A stretch of DNA of 64,000 bases. Source: Lytechinus pictus (Eukaryota). The stretch is from assembly GCF_037042905.1 (NCBI RefSeq), contig NC_087251.1:496001-560000 (forward strand), written 5' to 3'. The number at the start of each line of letters is the position of its first letter. Positions within the stretch are counted from its first letter, which is position 1. A program made the translations under genes and the position numbers. Positions 48,223 through 61,279 of the stretch are shown here, in pieces. The notes beneath the pieces are model-generated. The model saw only the letters and a list, made by a program, of their open reading frames with translations, did no database searches and was not told the origin of the DNA.

Positions 48223-49751
48223 AACAAGTGGAGTGCCTCTGGCAGTCTCACCTGCATCGCGCGATATAATAGAGCAGCAGTGCCGACTTTGAAAACTACA
48301 TGTACTATTGACATTGACAATAAATGACCATTTGACCTTGATCATGCGACCTAAGACTTGTCAGTGAGCACTTTTAGAACGTACGTCCACATAGACGACT
48401 GATACGAGATGACGTCATTTTTTGGCCTGCCATATGCCTCAGGTCCTCACACACGTCCACTATCAGAATCGAGAACCTGGCCACATCCATTTTGCAGTTC
48501 TCCTAAATCCTAGTCGACGTGCACGTGAATGACGTCATTTTAACCGTTCAAGCCCAGGATGAAGATCAACCTTTCCCTTTTAAAACACAGTTTTCAGTGA
48601 CTTTTCACAAAATTAATGTAAGTTGTACGATGCATTATGTTTATCATATTTGAAATTGCTTTCTGATCTCCAAAATATATATCGATATATATCCTATCTC
48701 GCGTAAAAAGGAATCAAAGCAAGTGAAAGGGCAAGTGTGCACAAGTTGCACCTTCGCATCACCCGACCGGGTCGCCAGGCGATGGTACGCCAGATCTTCC
48801 GGGTCGGGCAGCGTGTCATGACCCGCTGGTTATCGCGCTGTTTCACGTGGACGTACATACACGTACAAGTCGAGTGAAATCTAAAGTATTCACATCTGTA
48901 GTGAACAAGGGCAGACGACGACTTTGATTCAAACCTCAGAGGACTGCTACGTCGTTCTCGTTCACTGCTCCTAAAACTCTCTAGTGATACTTGATTATCT
49001 ACAAACTTTGAAAGCAATGACAGCTATCTAATAATTAACTCCAAAATGGCCAAAGTTCAATGACCTTAAATGACCTTTGACTTTGGTCGTGTGACCTGAA
49101 ACTCACAAAGGATGTTCAGTGATACTTGATTACTCTTATGTCCAAGTTTCATGAATCAGATCCATAAACTTTCGAAGTTATGATGGCAATTTAACAGATA
49201 TTCCCAACATGACAAAAGTTCATTGACCTTTGACCTTGGTCATGTGACCTGAAATTTGCACAGGATGTTCAGTGATACTTGATTACTCTTATGTCCAAGA
49301 TTCATGAATTAGATCCATTAACTTTCAAAGTTATGATGGTAATTCAACAGATACCCCCAACATGGCCAAAGTTCATTGACCTTAAATGACATTTGACCTT
49401 GATCATGTGACCTGACACTCGCACAGGATGTTCAGTGATACTTGATTACTCTTACGTTTAATTTTCATGCATCAGATCCATAAAATTTCTTCAACAGATA
49501 CCCCAACTTGGCCAAAGTTCATTGACCCTAAATGACCTTTGACCTTGGTCATGTGACTTGAAACTCAGGCAGGTTGTTCAGTAATACCTGATTAACCTTA
49601 TGTCAAATTTTCATGAACTAGATCCATATATTTTCTAAGTTATGCTGTCATTTCAAAAACTTAACCTTCTGTTAAGATTTGGTGTTGACGCCGCCGCTGT
49701 CTGAAAAGCGGAGCCTGTAGTCTCATTCTACTTATGAAGGCGAGACAAAAA
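48223..49751 (+). mobile_element. HINE-like element (same family as 1678-2854) with nested insertion
   Basis: AACAAGTGGAGTGCCTCTGGCAGTCTCACCTGCA start, about 160-bp units, GGCGAGACAAAAA end; a decayed 5' end of the same family precedes it at about 48138-48200. Confidence 0.78.
48368..48982. mobile_element. Unclassified 615-bp CpG-rich insertion
   Basis: Interrupts the host motif CAGTGATACTTGATT, with AGTGA on both sides; weak inverted ends (TTTTAG/CTAAAA). Confidence 0.55.
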
Positions 49752-50047
49752 CTGGGGGGTCTTTCACAAAGACTTTGGTATGACTTAAAGTCATACTCAA
49801 ACTTCAGTGGTATGTGATATACTGTATAATGCAACATTGCACTGGTCAGATCATGCGCATTTGACATGCACTACCGCAGATCCTTCAATCAGATTAAATA
49901 ACTTGCGCACATTGGTATTTAAGCATGACTCCAAGTCACACTTAACTCATCAAGAAACATCCCCTGATCAAATAAGGCTTTAAAATAAAATTGTCCTGAA
50001 AAGCTTACTAAAGCAGGCAAGAAATCATAGTACTGTATGGTATTCAC

Positions 50048-50146
50048 CTGACGTTGGCATGAGGAGCAATATATGTCCCAGAACCCTGAAGAGAAGTCAC
50101 TTCATATCTGTATGTGGCTGGCTTTAGCATCTGTGGTTTCAACGTC
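50048..50146 (-). CDS. BAZ1A: BAZ1A exon 4
   Basis: TLKPQMLKPATYRYEVTSLQGSGTYIAPHANV; AG|gtgaat donor. The aag acceptor was chosen because it fits phase 2; exact acceptor less certain. Confidence 0.75.
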
Positions 50147-50672
50147 CTTTTGTATAAAGACAAAAACACATCATTCAGCAATGTTACCTTGTAAGAACAA
50201 ATACATGTTAAGTCCACTTCAGTCATTTGCATATTCTGTTACAACAGTCAGTATAAAGCCAGAGGGAATTTGCAGATAGAATTGCAATCAACTACAACTA
50301 AAATTGCAGACCTGTCTTTCAAATAATCAGAAACATACATTTGCAGCGAGTTTTATATTTGTTTGGGTTTGAAGGTTTTTTTTTTTAATTGGGTTTAGTT
50401 GCATTCAAACACAATATCTTCTGTGATAGGCCCCAAGATGTGACTAAGTTGGAAATGGCATGGTACTTGAGTCAAACTAAACAGAGGCCAGAATAGCAAC
50501 AAAGTGTAATACAATGGTGATATCACTGTGCTTCTAAGAGCTTATTCTTCGAATAATCCCTTTTCTTCTTTTTTTTCCTTTTTCTTTTTTTTTTCCAGGG
50601 GAAAGCTGATAGGCATAAAATCAGCCCGGCCTCAAATGCTAACAAAAGTTTTGTTCATTTATGACAACATAC

Positions 50673-50831
50673 CTTTTGGGAGTCTTTTGTTCTCCATGAG
50701 AAGTGTTGAGCTTTTCTTCCTTTCCATCATCCTTGATAAAGATGACTTCATCATCACTGCTCTCTGATGACACACTGACATCATCCATGTATTCGGGAGG
50801 TACGATCACTCGGTTAACCCGACAGGTTTCT
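50673..50831 (-). CDS. BAZ1A: BAZ1A exon 3
   Basis: cag|A GAA ACC TGT CGG = ETCRVNRVIVPPEYMDDVSVSSESSDDEVIFIKDDGKEEKLNTSHGEQKTPK; AG|gtatgt donor; 159 nt, phases fit. Confidence 0.85.
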
Positions 50832-50870
50832 CTGTACAGATTATAAACAGAAAGAATAATATATTTACTT

Positions 50871-51299
50871 AGACACCATTCTCATTATTCTTTATCAAAC
50901 TAGTTTACTGGAAACTGGTTCAGGAAACCAGTTTGGAAGATCGTTTTGCTAGCATTCCCATTTGATCAGCCGAAAGTGGTTTTCAAAACCACTTCACATG
51001 TGGGGGTGACATGTTTCGCGCGAAGTTTGAAATCGCAGCGTAGACATTCTACACGCAGTGTGTGGAGTAGCAGGCTCAAAGTGTGTAAAGATCCTCTCCC
51101 GAAGAACGGTTGTGTCCTCACTTACACTAAAGCCAGTCTAACGAGGCAAAGCGATCTTGAAAACTACATCGCGAGGTGGTTTTCCGAACTGGATTGAAAG
51201 ATCGCTTCCAAGACCGCTTCAATTGTTCTCACTACACATTAAACTAAACTAGTAAGTTTCCCGTAAACTAATTTTAGGGCAGTAATGAGAACGGGGTCT
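50871..51299. mobile_element. MITE with imperfect TIRs (possibly PIF/Harbinger-like)
   Basis: AGACACCATTCTCATTA ... TAATGAGAACGGGGTCT plus subterminal inverted AGTTTAC..GAAACT motifs; TSD unclear. Confidence 0.55.
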
Positions 51300-51507
51300 T
51301 TCAAACCATAAAGTACTTTAGTGGCAGTAGTGCAGTTCAGATAGTAAGATGTCATCATTCATGAGTCCTTTAAAGATTTAACTCACTACAAAATCTGGAA
51401 TATCTCTCTTAATGGTTGTAAGTTGATGGAGGTAATCACTGTGTGAAGCAATAAAATGTTGAAAATAAGTGTTTTAGAATAAAATTATTCAGTTTCAACC
51501 ATATTTC

Positions 51508-51900
51508 AATCAATAATAAGACATGTGACTTATAAAGCCCCCAAATCCACTCTGTAAGGTGCTCAAGGTGCATGAAGAAATTAGGAAATGAATAGAAAGG
51601 TTTACTTTCAACAACATTTTTTAAGGTCTCAACAGAGATACTTGTACAATTTTTGATGTCTTCAGGAAGTCTATTCCATAGTATGGGGCACACATGAGCA
51701 AAAGATCCCCCCCTCCCTAAGTTTTTTAAACTTTTGGAACAAGTGAACAAGGTGTACAAGAGAGAAACCTGGTTAGTATACGGAAAGGAAGATTGTATTG
51801 GAGCACTGATCCATGTATGCAATGAAAGGCAAAGCAACAAAATCTGAAAAGTTATGCAATCCTTCATAGAGAGCCAAATTCAGAATAGGAGCAATAATTA
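51508..51900 (-). mobile_element. Decayed LINE (L2/CR1) 3' end
   Basis: GGSFAHVCPILWNRLPEDIKNCTS resembles the ORF2 C-terminal motif (compare PKLWNEIPNDIKNSS at about 46320); short TATTA tail. Confidence 0.65.
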
Positions 51901-53460
51901 TTAGAGTATTTTGTTTGACAGAGTAAAGGGGTAAATTGAACAGGAGAACATTGCAAAAATCAAGACAGAAGGAAATCAGGCAATTATTATTTTCTCAGTT
52001 GCAGACTTTGACAAGTATTTCAGAATAAAACTGACATTGCATAGTTGGTACCTAACTTATTTACAGAAATTGAGGTTTGAGGAGACTTAGTCATATGATT
52101 AAAAAATAACTCAGATATTACAGCAAGTTTGAGACAAGTTGATTGCTATTGTGTGTCCAGAAAATGAAAAGCAATTGACATTAATTTTGTTGAGCTGCAC
52201 TTTCGAGTCAAGCATAAGAAATTCACATTTATCTAACTTCAGTTTAAAACTTTGCTGAGCACATGTATTCCCCGAACCCACCGCGTCATCCGTCATTGCA
52301 ATATATAAAGCTCACACAGAAATTTGACAAATAAATACAATTGTCATGGCGACAATGACCCTGCCCACATTTTGCCTGTGGGTACCAACTTTCATGACAA
52401 TAATATGACGTAGCAACTTTGATGACAATAATATGACATAGCAGCGTGACTCTGCAGAACCTAAAGTATTGTCCAGTATCACCTGTTGGGAATACAATTA
52501 TAGAGTAATCTGGATATATTTTGTAAACCTAACCCTAAGACCCCCCACCAAAAATGATAGACATCTTCGCTTCACCTTCTAATATTGCTTCTGTGTGCTA
52601 ACTGTTATGACAAACTGGAAAAAAGCAGAAGTTATGTCAGGTTTTACCAAATTTTCCACAAAAATATGATTACCATGGCAACCAAGTCTCCACCCACTCC
52701 AAAATCATTAGGCGGCTTTGCTTTACCATAATGGACCTTCATGACAAATTTGAAGATAATTGGAGAAGAATGCAGCCAGTAGAGCACTCACAAGGAAATC
52801 TCTGCTATTTCCTCAAAATCTCTTGTTACCATGGCAATGATGTCTCCGCCCACACCAAAATCAATAGACGGCCTTGCTTAATGGACCTTCGTGCCACATT
52901 TGAAGATGATCGGAGAAGTAATGCAGCTGGTAGAGGGCGATTCCACACTAGAACTTCAAAAATATCATAAATTTCAACATGCTTTCAATAAGTCATAAGT
53001 AGTGTAAAATTTTACTACGATACCCAAATTTTATGAAAGTCATGAGTTTTAACCAAAAGTGAAGTCAGATATAGTTTTTTTGGGGGGAAACAATGGAATT
53101 TTCAATTTTCAATAATTTTGCTAGTTAAATAGTCAAGTACAAACACTGCCTGAAACGATTATTGGCAAAGCACGAGAAGATTGAAAATATTGCGGGTCAA
53201 TGGAATAATGTATCATTGATGGTTCCAAATAATATCTACAACATTTTCATGATCCATTATGGGGGCAGCCCTGATTTATCCGAACCTATTTTCGGCAATG
53301 TCCCGTACGACACATGAAAATGCAAAAGTTTTTCCTATAATTTTATTTTTGATGATGCAATTTCACAATATCAGTTTCTCTATCTTTGACCCATGGGTGA
53401 TCGATTTATCCCATAAGGATCTAATTACTGCCCTTCATTTTTCAATAATTGTCCTATTAA

Positions 53461-54056
53461 AGGACAAGTCCACCCCAACAAAAACTTGATTTGAATAAAA
53501 AGAGAAAAATTCAACAAGCATAACACTGAAAATGTCATCAAAATCGGATGTAAAATAAGAAAGTTATGACATTTTAAAGTTTCGCTTTATTTAACAAAAC
53601 AGTTATGTGCACATCTCGGTCGGTATGCAAATGAGGGAACTGATGACATCACTCACTCACTATTTCTTTTGTATTTTATTATATGAAATATTTTGATTTT
53701 CTCGTCATTGTCATGTGAAATGAAGTTTCATTCCTCCCTGAACATGTGGAATTCCATTATTTTAACATTTTGTGCTTCAGGCAAGGAGGTCCTAATCATC
53801 AAATTCGTAAAAATTGAAATATTGTATAATTCAAACAATAAAAAACAAAAGATATAGTGAGTGAGTGACATCATCGACTCTCTCATTTGTATGTAACTGG
53901 CTCGTTCATATAACTATTTTGTTAAAAATAAGAGAAACTTTGAAATGTCATAACTTTCTTATTTTACATCCGATTTCGATGAAATTTTCAGCATTGTGCT
54001 TGTCTGATTTTTCTCTATTGATTCAAATCAACATTTTTCTGAGGTGGACTTGACCT
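53461..54056. mobile_element. Kolobok-like TTAA MITE, inverted relative to 31730-32327
   Basis: TTAA|AGGACAAGTCCACC...GGTGGACTTGACCT|TTAA; nearly the exact reverse complement of the 31730 copy. Confidence 0.85.
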
Positions 54057-54919
54057 TTAAAAATTGTCCCGTGCGACACACAATATATACTGCATTTAAT
54101 TGCAGGATTTGGATTCAGAAACTATAAATAGTAGGCCTATTTTAATTTAAGTAATTGATTTGACATAAAGTGAACTGAAAAAGTCATTTTTTTATCTCCA
54201 TAGAACATGAAATAGGTGATTCTAACCATTTTAATTGACTTCATGTAGGCGTATTCTTCGTGAATCCCTTCAGCTAAACTGGTGATTTTCACAGGTCAGA
54301 GCAGGTTAATTTCTTTGTCATTGAACATGAAAAGAAAACCTTTATAATTGATTCACCCTAGCCTGGAAGATGACTTCCTCTTGCATGCCAATGTGAAATT
54401 ATTATAAGATGTAAAAAAAAAAATGTACCTATCAATCATATATTTGGACTTCCCTTGATGATCACAATTTTTTTTATATACAGTATTGAAACTCCTTACT
54501 TTTTCAAGTTGTAAAAAAAAAATCTGGAAAATAAGACAAACCATGTTGTTCAAAAAAAAATCTGGAAAATAAGACAAACCATATGGTTTCATGAAATGCA
54601 GAAAGGTTTGAAAAAGTAGAATCGCATTTCTTTAGAAAAAAAAACATTTTGTGGAATTACAAGTGACAGTTGTGACATATATCATGTATATATACATTTT
54701 AGCCCCATAATTTACACAAACAGTTTCATTTATTCATTGTTTAAATAGTGTATTGGAAGTCATCAATTAATTAACTAATGCATGTATATAACTTCACACA
54801 AAACCTCAAGTTTTTCAGCTCGTAAAAATGCTGTGAACCATTGTACATTTCCCATCAGGAAAAAAAATGATAATATATTGCTCCCGATTGTATATATATA
54901 TTGAGGTTACTTAATTATA

Positions 54920-55740
54920 CAGTGCGTCCCAGAAAAAAACGAAACCGAGATTTAGCGATGATTTATCATAACTTAATCACAAATACAATAGACAAATGAC
55001 CTACCAATGTAAAGCTTAGAATCTCCTCTTTCATCTGATATTACTTAAATTATTCCTCATTCACGCATGAGCGAGCAAAAACAATTTGAAGAAAGGATAC
55101 CAAAAACTCATTTGGCGGGGGGGTATCTGAATTTCAAAAAGAAAATCAGATGTCTTAAAAGTTCAATATCTGTTCTTTAATTTGATACCTCAATTACAGA
55201 AAATGGTCAAGAAATAACAAAGTTCTGGTTATTTGAAATAAGGCTTGAATTTCCATCATTTCATAAAATAAACTGTTTTCACCAGTTTCCCACAGAAGCT
55301 ATCGCACGGTTAACAAAAGACTTAATGCATGGCTGATCGTCAACAAAACGGAGTGTCGAGTGAGTTTGAACGCTAGCCTGTAAAACCTCTTCATTTTATG
55401 AAATTATTGAAATTCAAGCCTCATTTCAAAGAACCAGAACTTTGTTATTTCTTGACCATTTTCTGTAATTGAGGTATCAAATTAAAGAGCAGATATTGAA
55501 CTTTTTTTAAATGTGGTTTTCCTTTTGAAAGCCAGATACAACCTGCCAAATGACTTTTTGGTATCCCCTCTTCAAATTGTTTTTGCTCACTCATGCGTGA
55601 AGGAGAAATAATCTAAGTAATATCAGATGAAAGAGGAGATTCTAAGCTTTACATTGGTAGGTCATTTGTCTATTTTATTTGTGATTAAGTTATGATAAAT
55701 CATCGCTAAATCTCGGTTTCGTTTTTTCTGGGACGCACTG
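54920..55740. mobile_element. Tc1/mariner-like foldback MITE, 821 bp
   Basis: TA|CAGTGCGTCCCAGAAAAAAACGAAACCGAG...CTCGGTTTCGTTTTTTCTGGGACGCACTG|TA; arms of about 350 bp with a spacer of about 120 bp. Confidence 0.9.
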
Positions 55741-57767
55741 TATTGTCCTGAATGACTACTTATTAAAAGGCTTTTCATTAAAAGGAAGAATTTAGGGGCA
55801 ATGCTCCCCTTCTGATTGATAAAAAGTTCCCTGTTTTATTCAGGCTGTCCAGTACAACACGCAAGTGTCTGTTCAACACACAAGTGTCCCGTACGACACA
55901 CAAGTGTCCCGTACGACACACATGTGTCCCGTACGACACACAAGTGTCCCGTACGACACATTATTTTGTTTATGATATATTGACAGAAATATTCAGCCAA
56001 AAGCGGTTTCTAACATAATGAATGTCTTTAGTTTGATAGGATTATCATTATCATCAGCCAAATGAAGTGATCGAAGAAGTCAAAGAGACATAAAGTAAGA
56101 AAGTTTGGCTTCAATTTAGAGATGTCCCGTACGACACATTTTGAGTGTCCCGTACGCCACAATGTTCTCGAAAATTGTAATTTGCTTTATTTATTCATGA
56201 ATGTTTATTTTGCTTTCTTTCATAGATGTGTTTGTTCTTGGGTAATTGAATATCAATTTGAGTTCAGTTTCTATGAAAATTATCTGTCCAACTCACAGAC
56301 TTTAGAGTACAAACTTGAGGTTTCTAAAAAAGCCACTTTTTCTGCGTCCGTCAACACATTACTAATTTAAATCTGTATTATACAGGATGTGGATTCAATT
56401 CATGTTAAGTCTTGGTTTTCCTAACACTCTGGTAGTACTTGATGATCACCTTTAGTTACTGGAATATTTTTTGTTTTTCTTGTAAAAAACTGTCAAATGT
56501 TCTCTAAATGTCCCGTACGACACGTATGGAATCACCCTAGAGCGCTCACAGGGACATCGCTGCTATTTCTACATAAACTCTTGTTACCATGGCAACGATG
56601 TCTCCGCCCACACCAAAATCAATAAGTGGCTTTGCTTAACCAGAATGGACCTTCATGCCACATTTGAAGATGATCGGAGAAGAAATGCAGCTAGTGGAGC
56701 GCTCACAAGGACATCTCTGCTATTTCCACAAAAACTCGTTACCATGGCAACGATGTCTTCGCCCACACCAAAATCGATATAGGCGGCTTCACTATACCAT
56801 ACTCAACCTTCATGCCAAATTTGAAGATGATCGGAGAAGAAATGCAGCTGATAGAGCGCTTGCAAGGAAATCTCTGCGGCGGACGCAGCGGCGGCGCAAC
56901 GAGGCCAGAGTTCGGAGGATACAATAATATTCAGGGATGTAGGCTAAGTGGTTAGCTACAATGTAATAACCCTGAAATTACCAATGATGTGAGGGAGAGA
57001 AGCGACCAAGTCTGACCGAGCCTAGCGAGGGTAGGGGAGGTGCCCCCACCACCTCCCAACAGTCTTGAGTTATTTCAATCTTTCAGGTGCATATTCTGAA
57101 GTTCAGTTAGGCCATGGTCTAATCGATTTGGTGCATACATGTACATCAGTACATGTACTCTATAGAGTATTTTGATATACAGCATTATGAAGAGAGAAAT
57201 TTATATCAATATTACTGATGGATTAAAAAAAAAAATACTAAGAGAAAATCAATTAAAGAAATCAGCCACTCTGCATGTAGTATTGTTGATTAAAACAACA
57301 AAACAGTAGGAGAACAATATAAGTTAGGGTTCTGGAAAATCATTAATGAGTTTGAAAATTCATCTAAAATCCTTGAGGCACCTGTGCATCAATATTTTTA
57401 TAAAGAATGCAACAGAAGAAAAAAAACAGCAAATTTTTTTCGGTCCAAACAAATATCAGCCAAATGCAATAAGGGATGAAATGTAAAAAAAATGCTAGAA
57501 CCCTCTCAAAAACAACTTATCCCTCATTATACTTGGCAAATATTGGGGGACCTTAACAAATTTGCTGATTTTCTTTTTTATTTATTGATTTTTGAAGAGC
57601 ATAATGAATTTTACATGTAGGTGAGCGGTGCATGATCAAGCCTCAAAAATAAAGCCTTGAATAATATCTCAATGAATAAAATATCATGAAAATTTTTTTA
57701 CTTTTGAAAAATCCGGAATTCTGTTAAAAGCCAGAAGACTTATATCGCAGAAAATTAAAACCCATAC

Positions 57768-58043
57768 CTGGTATCTAAGTGGACAACATCCACTATCTCT
57801 CCAACAAAGAAACGGTCCTTCACAAAGGCAAAGATGTCTTCACACATGTCAGATAATCTCCCTCGCTGGGTCATCCGAGCAAGGAGGAGCACCGGTGTCT
57901 CCAGATAAACAGGAAAGCTGGAGAGGAACTTGAGGGCTTTCTCTTCACTCTCCAGTGCCTCCTGATAAGTCAGACCTGGGCGTCCTGTAAGACTGCAGCT
58001 CCATACCAGACTGTTACAAAGAATGGTTCTCTTGAAGAAATCA
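57768..58043 (-). CDS. BAZ1A: BAZ1A exon 2 (WAC domain)
   Basis: DFFKRTILCNSLVWSCSLTGRPGLTYQEALESE...FVKDRFFVGEIV; tag acceptor, AG|gtatgg donor; 276 nt. Confidence 0.95.
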
Positions 58044-58564
58044 CTACATATATGGAAAGAGAGTAGAGACAAATCTTTAAACGTGGGAGGAGCTAAAAGT
58101 GAGTATTACAGAGTTCAGCTTAAATAAAATTCACTCGTGTTGCACTCAAAGCAACAAGCACTGTTCAAAGGAGATGTAAGCTGCAGGGGAGTACACCACT
58201 GAGATTACACTGACACTTGACCACATGACTCAAGTCAAACTTACATGTAACTTTTCGTGAACAAGCCCCTCCAGAACATGATCAAGTTTCAATCTTCAAA
58301 ATTTATTGATCAAAACACAAATTGGATCATTCTCAATTCGACAAACGAATCATGATCATGAATTAAATAAACCTCATCCTTTCAATACCCATTATTAAAT
58401 ACTAGCCCAAACATGAAGAACCATCAACCATTCTCACTATTGGTCTTTCCCTAACATTTTATTTTTGTTGCTTTCTTGTCACTGCCTGACTCCTTCTGAC
58501 TCCACCTGTCCACCACAGTTCTAAGCAAAACTGTCCACACCCCCTCATTTACCCCAACAAAATT

Positions 58565-58688
58565 CATATCCATATACTTTCTAAGTTAAGATATTTCAAA
58601 AACTTTAGGTTAAGATTTGATGTTGATGCCGCCGCCGTCGGAAAACGGTGCCTATAGTCTCGCTCTGCTACGCAGGAAAGACAAAAAA
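58565..58688 (+). mobile_element. HINE 3'-end fragment
   Basis: GGTTAAGATTT...GCCGCCGCCGTCGGAAAA...CCTATAGTCTCGCTCTGCTACGCAGGAAAGACAAAAAA matches the end at 2767-2854. Confidence 0.7.
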
Positions 58689-60631
58689 TTAACAGTAGGA
58701 AAAAAGCTAATTCTTAATAGAAATATAAACAAGTGCATAAACTCAGACCAAAGACTATACTCAGTAATCCTTAAATTGGCAAGAATCCAACCTTAGATAT
58801 AAAAAAGTATAGAGTGAAGTGGAGGCATATCATTTCTACAAAGCCTTTCTAAACGAACAATTTTGCTGTCAACTCCTTGCGGTCTAGAGGTAGATTAAAC
58901 TTGTACATGTACATACTAGAAATACATGTATGGCATGGGTACAAATCCTGTTCTTGTAATGACTGGTGGCTATTATTTTTCAGTTATGATAAATTGATAA
59001 TACTGTTTTATTCTATTGATATTGGTCCTGCCAATACTTAATTTCAACAATATAACAAGAAACTTGACTAGATATTCACTTAGTCTGGCCAAGAAGATTC
59101 TATGACTGGAGTTGCAACAGGCAACAAATTTATTCAAGCAGCTGTTCATTTCTAAGGAAGCACAAAAGAAAGAACGGCAATAAGGACCTTTTGATGTCCG
59201 CCTTCGAAGCCGCCATTTTCAGTGAAGAAATCCAAGGGGTGAAATTTTACGAATATCCATTTGTATCAATTTTCCATCTTTCATATTAATAAACAAACTG
59301 AAATTTGAATGCATGACAAAACATCAATAACCAAGCACTAATACAATGAGATATTTTCCCAGATTATATCAATTAACCTTTAATTAGTAAAAAAAAAAAG
59401 AATTTGACCTTTACTGAAACCAGATTTTAACACTTTTCCGATCGTTTGCGGCGAATGAAAATTTGAAAAAATGAAAAAATGTGGTCGGTGAAATATTGTT
59501 GTTCATTACTGTATAAATGCCAGATGAGTGCCCGCACATGCCCAGTCGAGCAAATTTGAGTCATATTTCAGGACATATTGCATAGTTTATTTCCGCATGC
59601 CTCCGAATTATGTACTACACATATAACCAGAACAAGATGCGGCGAAAAAGTAATTATCATCACAAAAGCATACTACCCCTTTATGTATGACCTATAGCTG
59701 CAGAGTCATGCGGGAATCATTTGTCTACACAATTGCAAGAGATGTTGAGCAAAGTGCATGCCTGACATACTTTCTGCTGGCGGTTTTTAACCTTGTTCAA
59801 AGAGATTTTATTTGCTGTTACTCCATCTCATTTGAAACCTCCTTGGTCTGGCAGAGTGGCAGACTAAATTGCAGCTGCCTGCTGGGCATATTTGTCCTGA
59901 CCAACCAAAAATTGTTGAATACGTTAAATCAAAATTATGGAAACAAAACAAGTCAAAAGTTTATAAGAGAAAACTTATCTACACTCAGTTCAGACTGCTC
60001 ATGATGGATACATGTAATTGGTCCATACAAAGTTCGAGCAAAACAGTAATGCAATTACCCAGCCCAAATGTATACATCACCTACTAAATCATGTGTAGTC
60101 TAGGCCAGGCCTAGGCTAAGGCTAAGCCCTAAAAGTAGTTCTTATCCATGAATACTCTTTTCAATAGCCTTGATTTTAAAAAAGTAAAATCTACACTAAT
60201 TATAGTATACTAAAAGTTAAAATTAAAGTTCACAATTGGCATGATTGGTTAACAGTAACACACCAAACATGCCAAAGCAGGGTGCTCATTATGCACGTTT
60301 TAAGTAAAACCTGCAAAAAATCTTTACAATTACACAAGTTCAAGATTGATTGAATGAAGGACTCAAGGAGGCAAGAGAACCCACAATTTAGTAGAAGAAT
60401 CAAGTACTGAAGTAGATCTAGATTCTAGATCTAACGTCAATCGTTTGATCTACATGTAGATCTATCCTACTATAGATAGTATAGTACTAAAGTTAGTTTT
60501 GCCTCTGCAAATGCATTGCAAGCTAACAACAGTCAACAGTAACAATAACATGGACACATTGATTGACTACACTGCACTGTGCGTGTGCATATATGCATGA
60601 ACATGTAAAGAAACCAAACACTGAAACAGTA

Positions 60632-61279
60632 TGGCAGTGAGTCCAAACTTCGCGCGTGTCCATACTTCGCGGACGGTCATTATCTCAAAAACTAGCCAAT
60701 ATCCTTAAAATCTGACTTCATCAACGTGAAAAGCGACCTAAAATTACCCTTTTGTGTAAGTTACTTTAAGATGAGTTCAGTATTCATGAAAATATTGGCA
60801 AAAGATCGGCAAATTTGTCACCGTTGGCGCCCGTTTTGAAGAATTCTGATATTCTCAACAAGCATCACGATATCACCATTTCGCAAGCAGAAATCATCAA
60901 AAATGTGAGTTAAATTTGGTACTAACCTATTCTATAGCATTTTGCCATCAATCTGATATAAATATTTCACTTTTTGAGCTTGAGTTTTTGTTTAAATGTC
61001 CACAAAAACTTTGGTCCGCGAAGTTAGGTCACACTTTTTCTGAACGCTTTTCCAGCACAGCGCGCATTCGCCGATCGGAATAGAATTTTGAGATCGCGAT
61101 ACCGGCGAATCCCTTTGACCTTCTTTATATTTTCGTCCATGATTTTATAGTTTACGATCTTGCCGTCAATGTGGTAACTATTTCTTGAATTGGTTTTGTA
61201 TAAATTACGAATATTTTGTGAAAAGATTTAAGCCCGATGAATATTTTTGAAAAGTGCGCGAAGTTTGGACACCCCATCA
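60632..61279. mobile_element. Degenerate TA-flanked MITE in first coding intron
   Basis: Inverted GTCCAAACTTCGCGC near both ends, further copies internally, TA at both outer boundaries. Confidence 0.6.

Larger units (their letters stand above)
52935..56537. mobile_element. Sola2-like non-autonomous element with repeated TGTCCCGTACGACAC motifs
   Basis: TAGA|GGGCGATTCCA...TGGAATCACCC|TAGA (4-bp TSD); removal restores the host unit GCAGCTGGTAGAGCGCTCACA; motif at 53299, 54065, 55885-55940 (20-bp tandem), 56123, 56146 and 56509. Confidence 0.78.
52630..56925 (+). mobile_element. HINE-like element (155-bp units) split by a 3.6-kb insertion
   Basis: Units CCATGGCAAC...TTTGAAGATGATCGGAGAAGAAATGCAGCT..TAGAGCGCTCACAAGG at 52674, 52829, 56587 and 56742; GCGGCGG-rich 3' end; 5' boundary approximate. 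Confidence 0.65.

Noticed and set aside
31733..54053. Recurring ORF ...TLKCHNFLILHPILMKFS...
   Set aside because: Comes from copies and arms of the same non-coding TTAA MITE
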